DNA from: Basidiobolus meristosporus CBS 931.73
Taxonomy: Eukaryota; Fungi; Basidiobolomycota
DNA length: 64,000 bases
Assembly (NCBI GenBank): GCA_002104905.1
Contig: MCFE01000219.1
Coordinates: 60,252-124,251 of the forward strand
Direction of reading: 5' to 3'
The notes under the pieces: model-generated
What the model was told of the DNA's origin: nothing
The model's database searches: none
What the model saw: the letters and a program-made list of their open reading frames with translations, nothing else
Shown: positions 24,195 to 35,159 of the stretch, in pieces
Layout of the letters: the number at the start of each line of letters is the position of its first letter
Numbering within the stretch: position 1 is the stretch's first letter
Translations under genes and position numbers: made by a program

Positions 24195-27100
24195 CCGTCG
24201 ATCGAATGGCTAGAGCCCAGGTCACCAAGTGGCTTGCACAGGAATACTAGAATTCCTGCGTTGGACTGCACTTTAATGTTGATACTTGTTCACTATACCA
24301 TAACCATGTACTATACTCCTCGTTTACACAACCCGAAACAACCAACAAACTAACGAACTAACCCATACGCCGCTTTGTAGAATAAACCAAAGGGTCAACA
24401 TGTAACTCATCCTCGTACGTAATCTACATCGACAGTGGCCGGTATGTTCGCGATGGTAGTACGTTAGGAGCTGTTCATGACAATCACTGTGGAGCATTTC
24501 CACGCTTACGCTCGTGTCACAGCTGGCACCAGATATTAATGTTGAGATTTGATGCATCTTGGGGATCTCACACCATAGGGGTTCCGGTTAAACCCAATGT
24601 CATGTGTGTTAGGGATTGGGGACAAGAGATGTACATTACCGTAGGGCATTTCAGGGATCACGGATAATCGGCGAGTTACCGTAGCCATCAAATGACGAAT
24701 GTATATCCTCCTCTCACCGCTTATGTGCCAAACCAATTGTATTCGTAAGGTTAGGTAATTAAATAGATGTGATGTGCGCTATTGACCCTCATAGGTGTGA
24801 TGTGTCTGGATTTGGCCTAGCCTGAAGGCTTCTATATATATAAGGTGTGTTATAGGCTAGTACGTATTCAATGTAAAGCTTTTTCGAAGTAAGCTTCGTT
24901 GGATCATTCAAGAGAAATCCTACTGTTCGCCTGAAAGTCCAGTGAATCAAGGATATATTCACTGGACAGACTCTGCAAAGCCAATGAAGTAATCTTATTG
25001 TGAAGGGCCATCAAGACATGTGTTTCTGGGCGAATAAGAGAATCATTGCGATCTTCGGCTAGCTATTTAAATTAGAATTAAATAAACCCACGATATGCAG
25101 GCGGTTAGACGCTGAACAAATCAGCTATATGGCCTCCGCTTGCCTAGAAAAATGTAATTGGAAATCCTCACCTATTTCCTAAATACATTTTCTTTGGGTA
25201 TGAATGCGATAAGACCGACAGTCGCTTGTTTGGTTGGGCCGTGGGAGCTGCACACACATCCCTTATTTCTTGGCATAAAACATCTCTTTATCATGCTCCT
25301 TTTTTGCACACCTATATTTCTGGATGTAGCATATTGTGGATTAAACGTTTGTCTACATATCATGGAAGCTATAAATACGAAGCACTTCTTACTCGACACT
25401 GATATCTGACGCAATCAGAAGGCGAGAGGATTTTTTGCTAACTATATGGTATCCACACTATTGGTGGGAGATTATAGATATAACAGTGGCAGAGTGTTGT
25501 GAAAGATCGCGCCAAGACATGTGGAAAGCTTGGGGTCTCGCTATCTGTTCACAATGGAGCGTTCCAGAAATCATTGAATTATTGACTTTACCAGTACGTT
25601 GAAAACTAACTGAAGAAAACTCTACTAATAACTCAGAGTAAATTCTGAAAGTGAACCCCATGGAAGGGCTAGGCCACCATATGAGCCTGCCAGGAGCATA
25701 ACCCCTACCTCCTTTTGTTGGAGAGTTTACATTTTTTGGCATAAATATCACTGTAGTAAGTGAGCTGGCTATTACTAGCACCCTCAGGGAAATATGCCAT
25801 CTTGTCCTCAAGGAGGGTGAAAACCCCCAAAATTTGTTGTAAGAGTTTTGAAGATATTGGAAGTAATCAGTAAGACAAGTACATTATTAGGTTTTCACTC
25901 AATGATTTATGAATTGCCTCTTTTACAGTCTAGGGCTCATCAATATGGACTTAATAGGCACTGGCTAAATTTGTACTCTTATTGACATAGTAATGTGGGC
26001 TATATCTATTCTGCTTAGATCTTCTGCCTTGTGATACTGGAACAATCTCTTCTGAAATATTCCTAGGCACTGATTCAGGCTGGACCACAATTGTAGAATT
26101 CTAAGGTGTGAAATAATTTTCATTGTTTTGTTTTGATTCAATCAGGAATATTGGTGGACTTCAGATTGGATTTTGTCATGCTCTGATGTCATTTATTGTG
26201 ATAGTTTTAAGTTCTCATCAAACATCATATCCCTGAACTTGACCAGCTACTTTGCTTTGGTATTGTGGTGTCTGTTTGCCTGACTCTCATTGTAGTTGCC
26301 CAAAAATATGCATTTTACACTTTCTGGTTGAAATTTTGACTGATTTCCAGGCAGTTTTTTTGCATATGCTATACAACCAAGCAATCTTAGGTGCTCTGTG
26401 CTTGGTCTATATTCATATCATGCCTCATATGAAGTAGAATCACAAAGTATTCTGCCATCATTGCTATTTCAAAGATACACTGCCATAGCAACCAATTCCA
26501 CCCTAAAATTGTATGATATTTTTTGATCATAGATCATATAATGTGCCATATTGGTTATTGATCTGTTTGAACATTCTGGAGCTCCATTTTGTTGTGGGGA
26601 GTATGGTACATTAGTCTCTTACTTTATCTCATGAATTTTGCAGAAGTGGATGAAGAATCTTGATGCAAATATTTCACCATTGTCAGTGCATATTTTCCTA
26701 ATATGTTCACCAGTTTATCTCTCCACTATAACTTCAAGCTCCCTGAGCTCAGGTAGAGCTTTTTACTCTCTTTCCATGGAGTAGACCCATGTGTATGTTG
26801 TATAATTATTGATACCTGTGATTAAACACTTCATTTTGCTAAAGTATAGCTTCTGCACAAGTCTACACAGATCTATGTGGGTTAGATCCAGCTTTTTCTT
26901 AGCTTTGGCTGACTTAGAGTTCTGGAATGGTTGTTTTGCTTGTTTCCCATATATGCTGGCTTCACAGTGCTCCAAATTTGCTGGGGGAGCAATTTTAATC
27001 TGGAAATTGGCTGATGTTTTATCATTTTGCTAATATAGTCAAAACTGATGTCCAGATTACCTATGCCAAAGATTAATATATCTTCATTTAAGCTACTTTT

Positions 27101-27651
27101 GTTCACTTCTAGAGTTCATAGAATATAATCTAACTTCTTAAGACTCTGATCTCTGATACCCAAAGCAATATTAGCACCATTTTGATCTGTAATCCTGCAT
27201 CCAGAATTGTCAAACACTGAAACTGAGTGCTTCTGTTGTGGCCTTGCTTATGGATAATGGGTTCTTGGCTATTTCTGGTACAAAGGGTACTTCTTTGATG
27301 CTAGGTTTGTGTTTTCCTTCACTACTTCTGAGGTCTACTTGTATAGTTCCCTGTCCAACTGCCTCAAGTATTCAATTATCACCCTTGAAAACCCTCTTAT
27401 TTGCAATATTGGCTCAAAGCTCTTTTTTGTGTATGTAGTGTTGACATGATCCATAATTAATTTAACATCTCTGAGAGTCCTTGCTTGTGGTTATACTTAG
27501 TGCATAAATAAATAGTGAATCTTCAGTTGTAACATTTTCATATCAAGACTCTTTCTGCTTATTATCTCACTTTTTGAAGTAACACTCTGAAGTATGTCCT
27601 TTCCTTTTGCTGTAGCTGCAAGAAAGGTTGCTGCTGCACTCAAGGGGTCAT

Positions 27652-27998
27652 TGTTGTAAGAGTCTTGTGACTATTGGAAGTGAAATGCAGAACAAGTAGA
27701 TTATGTTGTTTTCACTTAGTGATTTATTAAATGTAAAAGTGGAATTTACTCTTTACATAGTCTTGACTAGACATACTCATAGAATATAATTGGTAAGGTT
27801 CCAAGAGCATGTGTGCAAAGTTTAGGGCTGTTTTAACAACTTTGAGAATTATCATATTCTAGATACCCTAAGTTTTTGTGCAGATATTTCAAGTAAATCC
27901 CAACAAGGAATTTGGTGAGTATTCTCTGTGACTTGGTAGTAGTAATCTAAGTGACCAAGTTAGGTGAATATTAAGTGGAATTACACATTCTTACAACA
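27652..27998 (-). mobile_element. Solo LTR inserted in gag of element A
   Basis: 347 bp, TG...CA. Flanks GTCAT/GTCTT form a 5-bp TSD with 1 mismatch; intact gag has GTCTT at this site. Confidence 0.9.
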
Positions 27999-28384
27999 GT
28001 CTTGAGTACCTTCTTTGGTGGTTATCATTGCTTATTGAAGCAATTTCTTGGCTATTCATGAGGGTAACTAACTCATCCTTATGAGTAGTTTTACCCCCAC
28101 AGATTCCATATCACCAACAAACAGGGTAGTTCTGTCAATCTGATTGTATATTTCTTCTCCTGAGAGCATCTTTGAAATAAGGATTTTCTGTCTCAGATAC
28201 ATTTTGTTAGCAGCTGAACATGACTGGAAGGTGACTTTTGATGCCTTCTAGGCAACCTTTATGGTTTTTGCTCTTGAGCATTGGATTAGCAATTTGTCTT
28301 TGACATTGAGGCAAATGCAGGTAATGGCACCTGTTTAATTCATGTGATAGTTTAAAGCTTCTTCTCCTATAACAATATCCCCTA

Positions 28385-28731
28385 TGCTGTAAGAGTCTTA
28401 GGGATGCCAGAAGCAATAGGGAGAAAAAGCAGATTATGTGACTTTCACAAAATGATTTATTGAATGTAAAGTGGTATATATACTTTTACATGGTCTTGGC
28501 ATAGCAGGAATGTTGAATTTGTTAAGAAAGGTCCCAAGAGCATGAATGCAAAGTTTGGGCTGTTTTGTCAACTTTGGGAATTTTCATGTTCTGGGTACCT
28601 GATGTTTTGCAGAAAATATTCCAAGTAGGTTCTACCAAGGAATTTGGTAGGTACTCCCTAAGATTTGCAGGTAATGCTCTAAGTGACCAAATTTGGTGGG
28701 CATTTAGATGGAATTACAAATTTTCACAACA
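28385..28731 (-). mobile_element. Solo LTR inserted in gag of element A
   Basis: 347 bp, TG...CA. It interrupts the gag sequence acaatatcc/ccaaagg, with decayed TSD CCCTA/CCAAA. Confidence 0.85.
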
Positions 28732-28918
28732 CCAAAGGCTCCTTTCTATAGTGGCATCTTTATCTTCACCTTCCAACTTAGTAATTAAATTTGGCCAGCT
28801 TTTCAGCAGAGGAGAAAACTCCAGCAACAGCTGTTGTAGAGATTACAGATGTTGTAAGAGTCCACATAATCTACTTGTTCTCCCAATCACTTCCAATATC
28901 TCCAAGACTCTTACAACA

Positions 28919-28930
28919 GGTTATGAGCCC
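28919..28930 (+). other. Primer-binding site GGTTATGAGCCC (copia/Ty5-type, internal tRNAi-Met)
   Basis: Directly abuts the LTR end. Sister copies read GGCTATGGGCCC (44067-44078, minus) and GGCTGTGAGCAC (44443-44454, minus). It does not begin with TGG. Confidence 0.75.
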
Positions 28931-28949
28931 CAAGCTGTCACTCTCTGCA

Positions 28950-31900
28950 ATGTCTACTACTGCTATTACTGGAATTTTTACCTCTGCTGAAAAGTTGGAT
29001 GGCTCTAACTACCAAGTGTGGAAGGTGAAAATGAAGATGCTGCTGCAAGAAAGAGGCCTTTGGGATATTGTCATGGGAGAAGAATGCCCTCCTAAAAATG
29101 TGGGAGAGGAAGCCTTAAAGTACCAGAAGAAAGAACAAAGTGCCTTTAACTGCATTTGCCTTAATGTCAAGGACAAATTGCTAATTCAATGCTCAAGAGC
29201 AAAAACGGCAAAGAATGCCTGGAAAGCATTAGAAGACACCTACCAGTCATGTTCAGCTGCCAAGAAGATGTATCTGAGACAAAAATTCTATACTACAAAG
29301 ATGCTGCCAGGAGAAGAAATGAAAAATCTAATTAACAGAATTACCCTGCTGGTAGATGAGATGGAATCTGTGGGCATACCAGCTACTGATGAGGATGTTA
29401 TAGTTACCATCCTGAATAGCCTGACAGACAAGTTTCAGGGCCTTGTATCAGCCCTAGAGTCCAGAACTGAAGATTTGACCTTAAATTATGTATATGGAAG
29501 GCTCCTGGATGAAGAATTAAGAAAATCAAGCACCAATAAGAAGGAAGAAGAAAATGCTTTAATAAGCAATGATAACCAACAAAGGAGGTACCCAAGACCC
29601 TACAAAGGCAACAGCAACCTATTTTGCAACTACTGCAAAAGGAAAGGAAACACATCAGACCGGTGTCTCAAAAAGAGAGATTATCAGCAAAAGAAGCCTG
29701 AATATGGAAATGCTGCAACAACGGAAGATAGACTATTCATATCTGCACTATATATGACCACAAACAAGGATTCTCAGATGTGGTATATTGACTCTGGAGC
29801 TTCTCAACACTTTACACACCAAAAAGAACTTTTTACCCAATATCATGAAATTCCAATTAAGTAGGTTTTCATGGGTGACAATAGAACACTTGATGCAGTG
29901 GGAGAAGGAACTATCCAAGTAAACCTTAGAAGCAGTGAAGGAAGCCATACACTGACCTTTAAAGAAGTACTCTATGTACCAGGGATAGCCAAGAACCTAC
30001 TCTCTGTAAGCAAGGCCACAGCAGAAGGACTCAGTTTCAGTTTTGACAATTCTGGATGCAGGATCACTGATCAAAATGGTGCCCATATTGCTTTGGGCAT
30101 CAGAGATCAGAATCTATACAAGTTGACTTATATTCCATCATATCTGGAAGCCAATATAAGTAACTTAAATGAAGAAACACCAATGCTATGGCACAGGAGA
30201 TTTGGGCACATCAATTTTGATTATTTGCATAAAATGATCAAAGATCAGCTAATTTCTGGAGTGAAAATTGATCCCCCAGCTAATTTGGAGCACTGTGAAG
30301 CCTGCATATATGGGAAACAAGCCAGACAACCATTCAAGAGCTCTGGGTTAATCAAAACTAAGAAAAAATTAGATCTAATTCACTCAGATCTGTGTGGACC
30401 TATGCAAAATTTATCCTTAGGCGGGATGAAGTATTTAATCACTTTTATTGATGATTATACAAGATACACATTGGTCTACTTCATGGAGAGAAAGGAAGAA
30501 GCTCTGTCTAAGCTCAGGGAGTTTAAAGCCATGGTGGAGAGAGAAACTGGTGAAAAAATCAAGAAAATACGCTCTGACAATGGTGGAGAATATACCTCAA
30601 AACTCTTCATCCACTTCTGCAAAATTCATGGGATAAAGCAAGTAACTACTGTACCATACTCCCCACAGTAAAATGTGCAAACAGATCAATAATTGATATG
30701 GCAAGATCTATGATCCATGATCAAAAATTATCCTATGATTTTTGGGCGGAATCAGTTGCCACTGCTGTATATCTTAGAAATAGGAGTTATAACAGAATAC
30801 TTTGTAATTCTACTCCATTTGAAGCATGGTATGGATACAGACCAAGTGCAGAACATCTAAAAATATTTGGGTGTACAGCATATGCCAAAAAAACTGGCCG
30901 GAAATCAGTCAAAATCTGAACCAAAAAGTGTAAAATGCATATTTTTGGGCTACTGCAATGAGAGTAAGGCATACAGACTCTACAATCCTGAAGCAAAGAA
31001 GCTGATCAAGTCCAGGGATGTGTTGTTTGATGAAAATTCAAAATATTCACAAAAAATGACATCAGATGATGACAAAAATTTGATCTCAAGTCCACCAATT
31101 GTCAGGATTGAATCAGAGCAAAACAATGAAACTTTTTTCACTCCAGAGGACTCTACAACCGTGGTTCAGCCAGAATCAGTGCCCAGGAATATCCCAGAAG
31201 TGATCATTCCAGTATCAAATGCCCGGAGATCCAATTGGACAAGAAATAGCCCAAATTACTATATCAATGAGGATACAAACTTAGCCTATGCCTATTCAGT
31301 CCATATTGATGAGTCCCAGACTGTAAAAGAGGCCCTAAATAGCCCTCAGATGAAGTTTTGGAGATCTGCAATGACTGAGGAATATCAGGCCCTGATGGAA
31401 AATCAAACTTGGGACCTAGTCAAATTACCAATCAACCAAAAGTCAATTGGATGCAGATGGGTCTTCAAGACAAAATACAAGGCTGATGGTACAATTGAAA
31501 GATGCAAAGCAAGACTTGTAGCCAAAGGATACTCTCAAGCCAAAGGACTTGACTATACTGAGACCTTTGCACCGGTAGCCAAGTTTAATTCCATTAGATT
31601 AATTTTGGCTATTGCAGCAAAATATAAGTTTTTTATTCATCAAATGGATGTAAAAGCTGCATGTTTGAATGGAGAACTTGATGAGGACGTGTATATGGAC
31701 AAGCCTGATGGGCTTGTTGACCAAGATAACCCCCATTTGGTCTGCAAGCTTAAAAAGTCACTATATGGTCTCAAACAATCACCAAGAGCCTGGAATTGCA
31801 AGATAGATTCTTATTTGGAATCTTTGAGTTTCAAGAGAAGTAATGCTGACTATAGTATATACTATAAGCCAGATAGAGCAAATCCAGTTCTATTAGCTCT

Positions 31901-32882
31901 ATATGTGTATGATCTTATTATAGCCACCAATAACCTAGAAACATTGGAAGAAACTAAATCCAGCCTATCTAAGGAGTTCAAGATGTCCAATCTAGGAGAA
32001 CTTAGTTACTACTTAGGGATTGAGTTCTCCATAGACAGAAGTACTCAGACTATCACCCTAAGTCAATCCAAGTATATTCAAGATATACTAAAGAAGTACC
32101 AAATGGAAGACTGTAAACCTGCAGCTACCCCAATGGAGACAAACCTTAACTTGGTCAAAACTCAACCAAATCAAGAGAGCTTAGTGCCATCTGAAAGCCC
32201 TGACTTTCCTTATCAATCTATAGTCGGCAGTCTGATGTATATCATGCTTGGAACACGTCCAGATATCTCATATTCAGTGGGAGTTGTCAGCCAACATAAT
32301 CAGAACTATGGATCTGATCATATTGCAGCAGTTAAGCAGATTCTTAGATACCTAAAAGGAACTGCTGATATCTGCTTAAGACACACTTATAAGGATTCAG
32401 AACAGGATCCTGTGGGATACTCTGATGCTGATTGGGGACAAAATTTGGAAGACAGAAGATCCACCACAGGATACACCTTTCTTTACTGTAAAGGAGCAAT
32501 TTCATGGAATTCAAGAAAGCAACCAACCGTAGCACTTTCTACCACAGAGGCAGAGTACATGGCAGCCTGTGAAGCTACAGAAGAAGTAATGTGGCTAAGA
32601 AAGCTTCTTACAGATTTAGGCCTATGTCAAAAAACGCCTATTACTTTATTTCAAGATAATCAAGGATGTATACAATTAGGTAGAAATCCAACTTTTCATG
32701 CTAGAACCAAGCATATAGATATTAGACATCATTTCATATGTGAAGCTATAGGGAATAACTTAGTTAGCTTAGTTTACTGTCCTACAGATGAAATGATTGC
32801 AGACATATTTATCTAACCATTAGCTAGAGACAAGTTTGAATATTTTAGGTCAAAGTTAGGACTAGTCAGTATGAACATTTAG
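28950..32882 (+). pseudogene. gag-pol polyprotein of copia element P (disrupted)
   Basis: UBN2-type gag (KLDGSNYQVWKVKMKMLL), zinc knuckle CNYCKRKGNTSDRC, protease WYIDSGASQH, GAG-pre-integrase WHRRFGH, integrase HSDLCGP...[21 protein letters not shown]...YVYD (YVDD mutated), RNaseH YSDADWG...EAEYMA. Stops at 29862, 30669 and 32814; frameshifts near 30675 and 30890. Confidence 0.92.
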
Positions 32883-32893
32883 CTGAGTGGGAG
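32883..32893 (+). other. Polypurine tract of element P
   Basis: CTGAGTGGGAG immediately precedes the TG of the 3' LTR. A matching reverse copy CTCCCACTCT lies at 61874-61883. Confidence 0.8.
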
Positions 32894-34805
32894 TGTTGTA
32901 AAAATTTGTATTTCCACCTAAATATTCACCTAACTTAGTCACTTAGATCATTACCTTCAAATCTTAGAGAATACTGACCAGATTCCTTGTTGGGATTTAC
33001 CTAGAATATTTTCACCAAAATACCAGGTACCCAGAACATGAGAATTCTCTAAGTTGTCCAAACAGCCCCAAACTTTGCACACATGTTCTTGGGACCTTCC
33101 TTAACCTATTCTACGTGTTTGTAATGCCAAGACCAGGTAAAAGTATAAATACTACTTTTACATTCAATAAATCATTAAGTGAAAACCACATAATCTACTT
33201 GTTCTCCCAATCACTTCCAATATCTCCAAGACTCTTACAACACATTCTGACTAGTCCTAATTTTGACCTAAGATATTCATACTTGTCTCTAGCTAATTGT
33301 TAGGTAAATATGTCTGCAATCATTTCATCTGAAGGACAGTAAACTAAGCCAAGTTAGTGTCTATAGCTTCACATATGAAATGATGTCTAATATCTATGTG
33401 CTTAATTCTAGTATGAAAAATTAGATTTCTACCTAATTATATACATCCTTGGTTATCTTGAAATAAAATAATAGGTGTTCCTGACATAGGTCTAAATCTG
33501 TAAAAAGCTTTCTTAACCACATTGCTTCTTTTATAGCTTCACAGGCTGCCATATACTCTGCCTCTGTGGTGGAAAGTGCTATGTTTGGTTGCTTTCTTGA
33601 ATTCCATGCAATTGCTCCTTTACAGTAAAGAAAGGTGTATCCAGTGGTGGATCTTCTGTCTTCCAAATTTTTCCCTCAATCAGCATCAGAGTATCCCACA
33701 AGATCCTGTTCTGAATCCTTACAAGTGTATCATAAGCAGATACCAGCAGTTCCCTTTAGGTATCTAAAAATCCACTTAACTGTTGCAATATGAACAGATG
33801 CATAGCTCAGATTATGCTGGCTGACAGCTCCCACTGAGTAGGAGATATCTGGACATGTTCTAAGCATGATATACATCAGACTGCCAACCATAGATTGATA
33901 AGGGAAGTCAGGGATTTCAGATGGCACCAAGCTTGCTTGATTTGGTTGAGTTTTGGCTGAGTTAAGGTTTGTCTCCATTTGGGTAGCTGCTGGTTTACAA
34001 TCTTCCATGTGGTACTTCTTTATTATATCTTGAATGTACATGGATTGGCTTAGGGTGATAGTCTGGGTACTACTGTCTATGGAGAACTTAATCCCTAAGC
34101 AGTAACTGAGTTCTCCTAGATCAGACATTTTGCACTCTTTAGATAGGCTGAATTTAGTCTGTTCCAATGCCTGGAAGTTATTGGCAGCTATAATAAGATC
34201 ATTCACATATAGAGCTAATAGAACTGAACTTGCCCTATCTAGCTTATAGTATGTACTATAGTCAGCATTACTCCTTTTGAAACTCAAGTATTCCAAATAA
34301 GAATTCCCTATGAAAAATAATTTGGTCCTCTGGGTGTATCCAATCTGGATCGGTCATCAAGATCCCATTTAGAGACTGTCATAATACCAGCAGCTTGGAA
34401 TTAGTGACCCTCCTAACTATCCTATGACAGGATCATGATAGTGTTTTGCTAATTTTACAACCAAATAAAGGGATAAAATTTGACAATATTCTATTGGTGC
34501 TGTGATAATATTTGCATGGTATTGTTGTGGTCTTTTAGCGCTCTATAACTATTTCAAGTGGATCCAGTTAGCCAGGACATCCATTTGCCTTATATGGCAA
34601 GAAACTTGAAGGTAGTTCAATGGCCTTACAGCAAGACTCTGATGGCATTATATTGGCTGTATGACAGCTCTCTGCTGTTTCTGTATAGTGCTACCATATC
34701 AATTTACCAACTGGTATATCCTTTCTCTACCTCCCCTTGTGCAATTCATATATTCCACTGTAGAATCACCCCTCTTTATTTGCTTACCCACTGCTACCTT
34801 GGGTA

Positions 34806-35153
34806 TGCTGCAAGAATTTGTAATTCCACCTAAATATTCACCTAACTTAGTCACTTAGATCATTACCTTCAAATCATAGAGAATACTGACCAAATTCCTT
34901 GTTGGGATTTACTCAGAATATTTTCACCAAAATACCAGGTACCCAGAACATGAAAATTCTCAAAGTTGTCCAAACAGTCCCAAAGTTTGCACACATGCTC
35001 TTGGGACCTTCCTTAACCTATTCAATGTGTTTGTAATGCCAAGACCATGTAAAGGTATAAATACTACTTTTACATCCAATAAATCATTAAGTGAAACCAC
35101 ATAATCTACTTGTCCTCCCAATCACTTCCAATATCTTCAGAACTCTTACAACA
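34806..35153 (+). mobile_element. Solo LTR inserted into the CACTA element
   Basis: 348 bp, TG...CA, with perfect 5-bp TSD GGGTA (34801-34805, 35154-35158). Confidence 0.95.
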
Positions 35154-35159
35154 GGGTAT

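Larger units (their letters stand above)
25835..28849 (-). mobile_element. Old Ty1/copia element A, distal part (gag, protease, integrase; RT deleted; 3' LTR remnant at 25835-~25912)
   Basis: Degenerate reverse-strand homology to the gag, integrase and pre-RT regions of the 28862-33242 element (e.g. PYSPQQNGAPECSNRS; MEHCEASIYGKQAKQPF). Many stops and frameshifts. Confidence 0.85.
28862..33242 (+). mobile_element. Ty1/copia element P (near full-length, inactive), inverted within element B
   Basis: 5' LTR reduced to its last 57 bp (28862-28918), PBS GGTTATGAGCCC, gag-PR-IN-RT-RH order, PPT, and a full 349-bp 3' LTR 32894-33242 (TG...CA). Confidence 0.95.

Noticed and set aside
29862-29864. 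In-frame TAG between gag and pol as a programmed readthrough signal
   Set aside because: Sister copy B has AAG (Lys) at the same codon (42781-42783), and the stop falls after the protease DSG motif, so it is a nonsense mutation.
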